DNA from: an uncultured Desulfobacter sp.
GTDB lineage: Bacteria > Desulfobacterota > Desulfobacteria > Desulfobacterales > Desulfobacteraceae
Direction of reading: 5' to 3'
Length of the DNA stretch: 64,000 nt
Assembly: GCA_963665095.1 (NCBI GenBank)
Contig: OY762069.1
Location: 1,440,001 to 1,504,000 of the forward strand
Below the pieces are notes generated by a model. The model was not told the origin of the DNA and did no database searches. It saw nothing but the letters and a program-made list of their open reading frames with translations. This document shows positions 25,414 through 33,747 of the stretch, piece by piece (positions within the stretch are counted from its first letter, which is position 1; each line of letters begins with the position of its first letter). The translations under genes were made by a program, and so were the position numbers.

Positions 25414-25989
25414 TTATCCGGCCCTGATTTTGGACCCGCCTGATAAGATTATCAGGCTTGATACAAGTGCGTTTTCGGCGTTGGATTTCACCGCCCGGCA
25501 ATAATTGATGAAACTTGACGGCAGACGGCTGTTACTGACACCAGCGGATATCTGCCCCCGAAGCCTTCGCCAGGTTCGGCTCACTGGAAATGTATCCTGA
25601 AAAAAGGCAAGCCAGCGGTTTATTGTGTTCCGGCTAATGCCAGTTCGTATGGACAAATCATAAACGGTGATTTTTTCATTGGTATTTTGCCAGTCTGTTA
25701 AAACACACAGAATAACTGCAAACCAGTAGACTTTTCTCCCCAGAAAACGGCAGGACGGCGGCATCAATCTTTTGCGACACCCTTCGGTTCCACAACATAG
25801 GCTGAACTGAATAAAGAATTCCTCCGGCACGCCCTCAGGCTCTCCCCGGGGCTTGCGCATGTAATTGCTGAAATATAAGGGGCCTCCACAATGCGGACAA
25901 GGCAACTGTCTGTACTGTTTTGCTGTATTTTTATCGATTTCGTAAAGATGGAAAAAAAGATTTTTGTTTTTAATAAGTTCTGATAGCAT
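25414..25989 (-). CDS. Zinc-ribbon + HTH accessory protein (DUF6431-like)
   Basis: CPHCGG, CC...GCRKR..P, ISRNTINRW HTH; RBS GCAGGAG. Confidence 0.7.
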   Translation of the reverse strand: MLSELIKNKNLFFHLYEIDKNTAKQYRQLPCPHCGGPLYFSNYMRKPRGEPEGVPEEFFIQFSLCCGTEGCRKRLMPPSCRFLGRKVYWFAVILCVLTDWQNTNEKITVYDLSIRTGISRNTINRWLAFFQDTFPVSRTWRRLRGQISAGVSNSRLPSSFINYCRAVKSNAENALVSSLIILSGGSKIRAG

Positions 25990-26124
25990 ATCTCCTGCCC
26001 TGTTAGGGTAATAGGGGCAGAAGTTCCATTGATTATTTGCGAGATAAACGGGGGAGCTTCTGCCTCATCCCTGGCATATCTTGCAAATTATCTTTAATTT
26101 TTCCATGATTTTTTGTGATCATTC

Positions 26125-27501
26125 TCACTCCTGGGGAGACCGAACCCGCTGCTCAAGGAGGTTGGCGATGTATTCACATGAGAATGCAGAGAACTTAAAG
26201 GCATCTTCAATGGCCATGGCAACTTGTTCCCGGGAGTAGATTTCACTCAAGGCCACGATTTGCCGTACATGATGGGAGGCGTTAAGCCGCCTGTTCTGCA
26301 ATTGCCTGTAATACTCCCGGGCCTTGTCAGAGAGGCTTAAAAAACGCATATAAATTGCCTGGTCTCTGGCCTTTTTGCGCTGGCTCAAAAGGATTTTAGA
26401 GTGATCAGGATCTTCAAGGTCGTTTTTGCGGCCATAGGATCTGACATGGCGGGCAACCAACTTGTCTTCATGGTAAAAGCAGATCCGATCAGGGTAAAGC
26501 TTGGCAGTCAAAGCCACCCCTGCCAGCTGGGCGGGTACTGTGTAAGCATTTGTATCGATGACTACCCTGTACTGTCTTGAAGCCCGTACCTGCTTTACCA
26601 CACCGATATCATAGGGTTCTGACGGCAGAGGGTATAGGTGGGGCAATTCCAGGGCATACATCTCTGCGGGCTTTTGACCGGTCTCTCCGTGGGTTCTGAC
26701 ATTGGCGACAGTATCAAGCCAGTGTTTGCAGGTGGGCTCCATGATCTTAAAATCAGGGATTTCAAGACCGTTGAGCAGATTCTTTTTGACATAGCCCACA
26801 GCATTTTCAACCCGGCCTTTTTCATTACCCTTGCGCACATTACAGGGAACAATTGTAAATCCGTAATAATCTGCAAAATCAAGGTATCTGGGGTTGAAGA
26901 CCGGGGCTTTCCCCAGCAGTCTTTTTAGAACAGCGGATTTGAGATTGTCCACCATGACCTTTTCCGGCACCTTTCCAAAAAACTCAAATGCATTCTGGTG
27001 GCAGCCTAAAAAATGCTCCATGGTCTGGGAGACCGTGAACTCAACGTACATCATGCGGCTGTGGCACATCACCATCACAAAAAAGCTCAACCGCCGGGTC
27101 GTGTTGCCCACCCTTACTGTACTATAAGAACCCCAGTCCACCTGGGCAGCTTCACCCGGAGCAAAACTCAGTTTCAAATACGCCTTTGTTTTGGGCGGCC
27201 GCACCTTCCTGACATAATCCTCAACAATGGTGATGCCCCCGGCAAAACCATCCTGGGTGATTCGTTGAAATATCTGGCGGGAACTGTAGGGATGTTTTTC
27301 AAGCATATGCAGGATGGCGTTCTTATACGGATCAAGCTTGCTTTCTCTGGGGGCTGACTGTCTGGGCTGGTACCTTTTCAGGTTGGCCCACCTGGCAACT
27401 GTCCTGGGGTCCAGATCAAGGGCATTGGCAATCTGGCTGTATGTCAGGCCGTCTCGGGTAAAGTAATTTCTGATTTGAACATAGGTTTCGTAATCAATCA
27501 T
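26125..27501 (-). CDS. istA: IS21 transposase IstA, truncated by 33 aa through nested insertion
   Basis: SKLDPYK, PGEAAQVDWG, VDNLKSAV, EKGRVE; the stop codon is supplied by the TGA end of the nested element. Confidence 0.95.
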   Translation of the reverse strand: MIDYETYVQIRNYFTRDGLTYSQIANALDLDPRTVARWANLKRYQPRQSAPRESKLDPYKNAILHMLEKHPYSSRQIFQRITQDGFAGGITIVEDYVRKVRPPKTKAYLKLSFAPGEAAQVDWGSYSTVRVGNTTRRLSFFVMVMCHSRMMYVEFTVSQTMEHFLGCHQNAFEFFGKVPEKVMVDNLKSAVLKRLLGKAPVFNPRYLDFADYYGFTIVPCNVRKGNEKGRVENAVGYVKKNLLNGLEIPDFKIMEPTCKHWLDTVANVRTHGETGQKPAEMYALELPHLYPLPSEPYDIGVVKQVRASRQYRVVIDTNAYTVPAQLAGVALTAKLYPDRICFYHEDKLVARHVRSYGRKNDLEDPDHSKILLSQRKKARDQAIYMRFLSLSDKAREYYRQLQNRRLNASHHVRQIVALSEIYSREQVAMAIEDAFKFSAFSCEYIANLLEQRVRSPQE

Positions 27502-27880
27502 GGTTGCCCTCCGCTGCTGCTTTTAGAATATCTGAAAGACGCAGCATGGAGCCGTGCCGTTTTGATTTACCAGGAGCAGGGTCAAGGGCAAGCACCTGGT
27601 AAATAGGTCTCTGCCAGGCAATCAGCCCATTCTGTATTAACCCGGAACGTGCTGTCTTCAGGCCATCAGAATCCATGCACAGCCGATCCATGATCGCCTT
27701 ATCTCCATAGTAGCTGATGCCTTGACTGTCGGCCACACACACCAGAAACAGATATAGGGCGGACTGGGAGTGTGTACACCTGTCAATGTGCCGTTCACGC
27801 ACCAGGCGATGATCGATCCAACTGAAGCTTTGGGGTGTTTTTCGAACCCTGGATGGTAAAATGGGGGCCTTTGCAATCAT
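27494..27880 (-). CDS. Hypothetical winged-helix-like accessory protein
   Basis: 128 aa, FSWIDHRL, LYLFL..VAD..G.SYY, L...GLIAW..P.YQVL; RBS GAAGGAG; overlaps the istA start. Confidence 0.7.
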   Translation of the reverse strand: MIAKAPILPSRVRKTPQSFSWIDHRLVRERHIDRCTHSQSALYLFLVCVADSQGISYYGDKAIMDRLCMDSDGLKTARSGLIQNGLIAWQRPIYQVLALDPAPGKSKRHGSMLRLSDILKAAAEGNHD

Positions 27881-28361
27881 TTTGCTCTCCTTCTTTTTGG
27901 GGTTGTGAACATAAAATGTCTTGCCCGTATTTTTTCATACGAAGGAGCGTGGAAGCGATGTCATCTTGTAACGCACTGCCTGTAAAGTTGGCGATTAACC
28001 CTATAATGACAGGAGGTTGCGCCCGTAAGAAATCTTGTAACGCATTGTCCATGAATTGCGTTGAATCCTGTTTATTTTCAGCCTGTTGGGGCAATATCGA
28101 GTCTTGTAACGTATCTGGGCTTTTGGTCTTCTTCCAATATCCGGGATTCTTCTTTCTCCATTCCTGAACACGTTCAACATGGGCAGGCCCACAAAAGTAG
28201 TTTCGATTTTCAGGCTTGTTCAGCCATTTTTTCTGGCTGCACCTTTTGCTGGCTTTTCTGCACTCAGATCTGGAACAGTATTTTTGAGAGTCTATATTTC
28301 TTGGATTAGGAGCGAATAATCTTCTACAATTTCGGCACCTTCTTTTCTTGAGTAGTCCCAT
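27795..28361 (-). CDS. Hypothetical Cys-rich basic accessory protein
   Basis: 188 aa, CRNC...YCS..EC, WR..NPGYW; GGAGG upstream; lies inside the element's IRs. Confidence 0.7.
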   Translation of the reverse strand: MGLLKKRRCRNCRRLFAPNPRNIDSQKYCSRSECRKASKRCSQKKWLNKPENRNYFCGPAHVERVQEWRKKNPGYWKKTKSPDTLQDSILPQQAENKQDSTQFMDNALQDFLRAQPPVIIGLIANFTGSALQDDIASTLLRMKKYGQDILCSQPQKEGEQNDCKGPHFTIQGSKNTPKLQLDRSSPGA

Positions 28362-28587
28362 CTACATATTGCCTCCGATTCAAATCAGACATGAATAAGA
28401 TCAGTATGTACGGAAAAAAGCATAGGGCAAAGAAAGGAAAAAAATGAAGAAGACGAAATTTTTAAATTTGATTTTTAAGAGAAGAAAAACCAGCTAAGAA
28501 CATACATTTTCAAACCGGGGATTTGGCTGCATTTTCAAGACGGCCCTGACAGATTATCAATATGATAGTCAGGGCCTTTTACTTTTT

Positions 28588-28700
28588 GGTGCCCATCTCG
28601 AACCCGGAAGACCCGATTATATGTTTTGGTCTTTAGCGTCGATGGTACTGTCATAGGAGTGTTAGGAGTGTATTGTTTGGGAGAGTAGAACGTCGCCGTT
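28588..28700 (+). pseudogene. Degenerate 5'-truncated 5S rRNA copy 2
   Basis: Near-copy of 21526-21629 with an extra TAGGAGTGT duplication; preceded by the same terminator and followed by a decayed one. Confidence 0.88.
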
Positions 28701-28825
28701 TTTTTTAAAGCCCTGATCAGTTTATAACGAATGATCTTAGCTTTTTGTTTAGATTAAAACTATCTGAATCAATCAGAATACTACCTTATGAGTCCAATAA
28801 TTCGTTGACAAAATAAAGCTTATAG

Positions 28826-28842
28826 CTTACGTAAACGTTAAC
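28826..28842. promoter_or_regulatory. LiuR-type operator
   Basis: CTTACGTAAACGTTAAC resembles the TTACGT-ww-ACGTAA palindrome of LiuR-like MerR regulators and lies just upstream of such a gene. Confidence 0.65.
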
Positions 28843-28861
28843 TATAACTTGGATTTATTTA

Positions 28862-29260
28862 ATGAGTACTCCTAAGTCAACCTATACCATATCCCAGATT
28901 GCAGATGAGCTCGATATCTCCACCCGGACCATCCGGTTTTACGAAGAAAAGGGGCTGATTAGCCCTAAGCGGACCAATGGGAATCAGCGCATCTACACCT
29001 CACGGAATAAGGCCAGGCTCAAGCTGATCCTGCGTGGCAAGCGGTTTGGATTCAGCCTGGATGAAATCGCTGACATGATCGGCATGGCCAATGCCGATCC
29101 GGATGAACTTGAACAGATCGAAAAAAGCCTGGCATTCGGCCGGGCCAAGCTCAAAGAGATCCAGGACAGAAAAAAAGAATTGGAACTGCTGGAAAAAGAC
29201 ATTCTTTCCACCAGGGAAAAGCTGCTCAAAAGAAAAAAGGATATTTTGTCGGCTATATAA
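28862..29260 (+). CDS. MerR-family regulator (LiuR-like)
   Basis: YTISQIA..L.ISTRTIRFYEEKGLI.P.R, RLKLILRGKRFGFSL.EI. Confidence 0.92.
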   Translation: MSTPKSTYTISQIADELDISTRTIRFYEEKGLISPKRTNGNQRIYTSRNKARLKLILRGKRFGFSLDEIADMIGMANADPDELEQIEKSLAFGRAKLKEIQDRKKELELLEKDILSTREKLLKRKKDILSAI

Positions 29261-29283
29261 TAAATTTAATAGGAGGCTGTCCC

Positions 29284-30783
29284 ATGAACTTGATCGAGGT
29301 CATTGAAAAAAACGCGGCAACTACCCCGGATAAAACCGGCCTGTGTGATCTGCAGACATCGTATACCTTCTGGAAAATGGTTGACGAATCAAAGCAGATG
29401 GCAGCAAAACTCCAAGGCCTTGGCATTCAGAAAGGCGATGCTGTGGCGCTGATGGGGCAAAACAGCTTTGACTGGGTCTTCTCCTATTTCGGGATTCTTC
29501 TTTGCGGGGCTGTGGCCGTGCCTGTGAACCATAAACTGACAGCCAGGGAAACCTCATTTATTCTTGAAGATTGTGGAGCCAAGCTGTTTCTCTTTGACGG
29601 CGCACTTGTGGAAGTGGCCAAGGGTATTGAGCTGTCAATCCGGAAGCTTGCCATTGACAGCCCTGCGTCCGGATTTGACCTGCTTCGGGACCAGAAAAGT
29701 GATTCATATACACCTGTGTCGGTAACGGATGAAGATACCGCACAAATCCTTTACACCTCCGGGACCACCGGCAACCCCAAGGGCTGCATCCACACCCATG
29801 CCGGGGTATGTGTGGCCGGATCCACCGGACAAAAGGCCATCAGCCTGACATCGGAAGACCGGATGCTTGTGGCCATGCCCATCTGGCATTCATCCCCGCT
29901 GAACAACTGGTTTGCCGGCATCACCATTGCCGGCGGCACCACCGTGATTCTGCGCGAATACCATCCGCTGCACTTTCTGCAAATCGTCCAAGAGCGGCAG
30001 TGTACAGTCTATTTTGGCGCCCCCATCTCCTATCTTTTGCCTTTGCAGATGATTCCCAACTTCGGCGAATTTGATCTGACCTCCATGCGGGCCTGGATCT
30101 ACGGCGGCGGCCCCATTGCCCCTGAAACAGTTAAAAAACTTGCCGCAACTTACAAAACTGACCGGTTCTACCAGGTCTACGGCATGACGGAATCCGGTCC
30201 CACCGGCACAGTGCTTCTACCCAAGGACCATAAGGAACACGCAGGGTCCATCGGGTGCCGGGCCCTGCCTGGTGCCGAATTGAAAGTGATGAAAGAGGAC
30301 GGTTCCCCGGCAGGTCCTGAAGAGGCCGGAGAGATCTGGCTGAAAGCCGGTTCCATGATGAAAAGTTATCTGAACCGGCCGGATGCAACGGCAGATGCCT
30401 TCAGTGACGGCTGGTACCGCACCGGCGACATGGCCAGAATTGATGCGGACGGGTATCTGTTCATTGTGGACCGGATCAAGGACATGATTGTCACCGGCGG
30501 TGAAAATGTCTACTCCAAGGAGGTGGAGGACATGATCATGGAGTACCCGGATGTGGCGGGCGCAGCTGTTGTAGGCGCACCACATCCCGAGTGGGGAGAA
30601 ACCGTAAATGCCTTTATAGTGCCGGCCAAGGATGCGGAACTGTCCGAAGAACAGCTTAAAACCTTTTTGGCGGAACGGCTGGCCAGATATAAAATCCCGA
30701 AGAAATTTCATTTTGTCACGGAACTGCCCCACACCCCATCGGGCAAGGTCATGAAATATAAACTTCGGGAAGAGATAAATTAA
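29284..30783 (+). CDS. Acyl-CoA synthetase / AMP-binding ligase
   Basis: YTSGTTGNPKG, YGMTE, YRTGD, DRIKDMI.TGGEN, SGK. Confidence 0.93.
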   Translation: MNLIEVIEKNAATTPDKTGLCDLQTSYTFWKMVDESKQMAAKLQGLGIQKGDAVALMGQNSFDWVFSYFGILLCGAVAVPVNHKLTARETSFILEDCGAKLFLFDGALVEVAKGIELSIRKLAIDSPASGFDLLRDQKSDSYTPVSVTDEDTAQILYTSGTTGNPKGCIHTHAGVCVAGSTGQKAISLTSEDRMLVAMPIWHSSPLNNWFAGITIAGGTTVILREYHPLHFLQIVQERQCTVYFGAPISYLLPLQMIPNFGEFDLTSMRAWIYGGGPIAPETVKKLAATYKTDRFYQVYGMTESGPTGTVLLPKDHKEHAGSIGCRALPGAELKVMKEDGSPAGPEEAGEIWLKAGSMMKSYLNRPDATADAFSDGWYRTGDMARIDADGYLFIVDRIKDMIVTGGENVYSKEVEDMIMEYPDVAGAAVVGAPHPEWGETVNAFIVPAKDAELSEEQLKTFLAERLARYKIPKKFHFVTELPHTPSGKVMKYKLREEIN

Positions 30784-30798
30784 TAAAAGGAACTCATC

Positions 30799-32043
30799 AT
30801 GCACGAATATTTGTTGAATCAGGAGCAGAAAGATCTTCAGGCTGAGGCGCGGGACTTTGTGAAGAGCATTCCCAGGCAGATGATTCTGGATATGGATAAG
30901 GACAAAATACAGTTTCCCAAAGAATTTCTGCAGGAAGCAGGCCGGCGCAATCTCATGGGCTGCCGGTATCCTAAACAATGGGGCGGCCGGGGGCTGGACT
31001 GGGTTTCCACCTGCATGGTCATGGAAGAGATAGGCGTTCTGGGATATATTTTTGCCTGTACATTCGGGGTGGGTGCCGAACTTGTGTGCGATGCCATCAT
31101 CCTGCACGGCACAGATGCCCAGAAGGAAAAATATGTCAAACCCCTGCTCCAGGGAGATATCTTTGCGGCTGAATGCCTGACCGAACCACGGGGCGGGTCT
31201 GATTTCTTCGGCACCACCACCACGGCCGAAGACAAGGGAGACCATTTTCTGCTCAACGGCCAGAAGCGATTCATTGTAGGCGGCGAAGGCGCGGACTATT
31301 TTCTGGTCTATGCCAGAACCGATCCTGATGCCGCGCCCAAGGATGCCATCTCCTGCTTTATTGTGGACAGAGCCCCCGGGGTGCAGACCGAATACCTGTA
31401 TGGTCTTATGGGATGCCGGGGCGGCGGGGCCGCCCGCATGGTGTTCAAGGATGTGAAAGTGCCGAAAGAAAACCTTCTGGGCGGTCTCAACCAGGGCGTC
31501 AAGGTGTTTAACACCATGATGATCCCCGAACGTTTAGGGACAGCGGCCATGACCATTGGCGCGGCTGTGCCGGCCGTGGATGTGGCCACAAGCTACACTT
31601 CCCAGCGTAAAGCCTTTGGCCGGCCTGTGGCAGGGTTTCAAGGAGTCTCCTTCCAGGTGGCCGAAGCCGTCATCATGCTGGATGCGGCCCGGGCCATGAT
31701 CTACCAGACCTCCAGAGCCGTGGATGCGAACATTGACCCCAAGCAGGTCAGACGCCTGGTCTCTGAAACCAAAAAATTTGTCACAGAGTCCTGCCAGACA
31801 GCGGCCCACAACGCCATGCAGGTCATGGGCGGCATCGGGTACACCGATGTCTATCCGGTGGAACGGATCTTCCGGGATCTGCGCCTGGCCTCCATCTGGA
31901 CCGGTACCAACGAGGTGATGTCCATGATCATCGCCAATGAGTGGTACAAGGAGTACTGGAAAAATAAAGCCTCTTCCCCCATCCGGGACATGGAGATGGA
32001 TGCGGCCGCCGCCAATGAGGTGGATGAAAAAATATTTGAATAA
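30799..32043 (+). CDS. Acyl-CoA dehydrogenase
   Basis: CLTEPRGGSD, NGQKRFI, R.AFG, QVMGGIGY, IWTGTNE. Confidence 0.93.
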   Translation: MHEYLLNQEQKDLQAEARDFVKSIPRQMILDMDKDKIQFPKEFLQEAGRRNLMGCRYPKQWGGRGLDWVSTCMVMEEIGVLGYIFACTFGVGAELVCDAIILHGTDAQKEKYVKPLLQGDIFAAECLTEPRGGSDFFGTTTTAEDKGDHFLLNGQKRFIVGGEGADYFLVYARTDPDAAPKDAISCFIVDRAPGVQTEYLYGLMGCRGGGAARMVFKDVKVPKENLLGGLNQGVKVFNTMMIPERLGTAAMTIGAAVPAVDVATSYTSQRKAFGRPVAGFQGVSFQVAEAVIMLDAARAMIYQTSRAVDANIDPKQVRRLVSETKKFVTESCQTAAHNAMQVMGGIGYTDVYPVERIFRDLRLASIWTGTNEVMSMIIANEWYKEYWKNKASSPIRDMEMDAAAANEVDEKIFE

Positions 32044-32124
32044 CAGCCGTGGGCGGACCGGGCCTGTCAAACCCTAGGTTTCAACCCACAACAAAGCATG
32101 CAAGGACCTTAACAACGTATTGGA
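32041..32124 (+). repeat. 84-bp dispersed intergenic repeat, copy A
   Basis: 70/84 identical to 45207-45290, including an exact 25-mer AGGTTTCAACCCACAACAAAGCATG. Confidence 0.85.
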
Positions 32125-32135
32125 TCTTTAGCCAC

Positions 32136-32996
32136 ATGCACCCGGATAAAGTCAAAAGAGAACAGGTAAAAAAACTCACAGATCTGCCCAACATCGGCAA
32201 GGCCATGGAAGAAGACCTGGTTGATATTGGGATTACCGGGCCGGCACAGCTTAAAGGGGTGTCGGCCCTGGATCTGTATAAGACGCTTTGCAGACATCAA
32301 AAGGCACAGCATGACCCTTGCGTACTGGATGTGTTCCTCTCCATCACCCGGTTTATGGCGGAAGACCCACCCCGTGCCTGGTGGAAATATACAGAAGAAA
32401 GAAAAGCTTTCTGCGCCCGGGACCATCTGTTTGCCGTCACCGATATTTTCGGCAGGACAGCTGCATTTGAAAGGCTGATAAACAGCATTTCCAATAAATT
32501 TGCCTCTGTGGAAATTATTGATCCATACGACGGCCACGCTTATGATTTTAACGATGAATCAGAAGCCTACGCCTGTTTTCAAAAAGAGATCGGCCTTCAA
32601 AGTTACATTGAAAAGGTAAACGACCATCTTCTGGGAAGAAAAATTTTAAACCAGACCCTGCTGGGTTTCAGCGCAGGCGCATCTGCCATCTGGTCGGCAT
32701 CACAACATCTTAAAACCTTTAAACACACAAAAGCGGTCTGTTTTTACAGCTCCCAGATCCGTCACCTGCTGGATGTAACGCCTGAAGTCCCTACAGTCCT
32801 GTACTTTTCAAAAACGGAACCCTCCTATGATGTGGATGAGGTTATCGGTCAGTTGTCGAAAACTAATCATGTCACCTGCCACAAAACCCCCTACCAGCAT
32901 GGATTCATGAATGAACACTCCCTGAACTTTGATCAGAACGGGTATGAAGCGTATCTGGCAAAGCTGAACAGAAAAAATTATGTTTACACCCTGTAA
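32136..32996 (+). CDS. Cdd1/mitomycin-resistance-type HhH domain fused to a dienelactone-hydrolase-like domain
   Basis: N-terminal MHPDKV..LTDLPNIGKAM..DL..HDPCVLDVF..WWKYT.ERK; C-terminal TDIFG, GFSAGA, HGFMN; ATG 32136 preferred as start. Confidence 0.75.
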   Translation: MHPDKVKREQVKKLTDLPNIGKAMEEDLVDIGITGPAQLKGVSALDLYKTLCRHQKAQHDPCVLDVFLSITRFMAEDPPRAWWKYTEERKAFCARDHLFAVTDIFGRTAAFERLINSISNKFASVEIIDPYDGHAYDFNDESEAYACFQKEIGLQSYIEKVNDHLLGRKILNQTLLGFSAGASAIWSASQHLKTFKHTKAVCFYSSQIRHLLDVTPEVPTVLYFSKTEPSYDVDEVIGQLSKTNHVTCHKTPYQHGFMNEHSLNFDQNGYEAYLAKLNRKNYVYTL

Positions 32997-33747
32997 CAGA
33001 TCCTGACATTAAACTTCCTTGCCGGATTCCTTAATTTTCTTTTAATAACAAGCAATTAATTCCTTTCCAATTTTAAAGACCAGCCAATAAAAATTTTACA
33101 ATCCTAAAAGTCTATCCGTGCAGCTGTGCCCCGTAAAACAGGACTTTTTTCTTCATGTTTCATTATTGCAGCGCAGTGGTACCCGCAAAAAAATTGAAAA
33201 ATCGTCTAATCTCAATAGTGCTACAAATTTGTAATATAAAAATACAATTTTTTACTTGACCCTGAATCACACAGAGGACTATTCGATAGTTGAACGATGT
33301 TCTACAACCAAACAACCTTCTACTGAGAGGTGATCATGGGGTAAAGGGGCACCGGATACATACAACGGTTCTAAACTGCCGCCCGGCATCAACCGCGGGG
33401 AAAAAGCCGCTTTTTTCTACTGATGGAAGTAAACCCGGAAAGCTTCGGGCCTTTCAGAACAGTATCAGGCACAGTGCCGGATCACTGATCACTTCTTCTG
33501 CCTTTGTTCAGGCACAGACAAATTCACAAAACGCCTGCTTAGTTACAAGCAGTACATTCATGGTTTTCAAAACGTATTTATCGCGTCTTTCCGGTATGCT
33601 GCACTCTTTTTCAAATTACTGCATTAACCATGCTGACACTAGCATTGTTCAATGGCGCTGGTATGGTAATTGCTCTATTGGGATTCAGAATTTCCGCATG
33701 GCGGACACCCATTCAGGGTTTGCTCTTTTATATCAATGGAGGAAGTT

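Larger units (their letters stand above)
22587..26127 (-). mobile_element. Nested 3541-bp DDE transposase + ExeA-type AAA ATPase transposon
   Basis: Ends TGAGA...TCTCA; 7-bp TSD CTCCTGG at 22580-22586 and 26128-26134; removing it restores the istA frame. Confidence 0.92.
21652..28551 (-). mobile_element. IS21-family element with two accessory ORFs (about 3.35 kb without the nested element)
   Basis: Ends TGTCAGG...CCTGACA with imperfect ~50-bp IRs (CCCGGTTT.AAAATGTA at both ends); 5-bp TSD GATTA at 21647-21651 and 28552-28556; contains istA and istB. Confidence 0.93.

Noticed and set aside
21481..28745. Repeated units as a CRISPR array
   Set aside because: The repeats are 5S and terminator derivatives with no unique spacers, and there are no cas genes
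32041..32124. 84-bp repeat as an integron attC site
   Set aside because: It begins with TAAC but has no complementary GTTRRRY end or full-length palindrome, and there is no integrase
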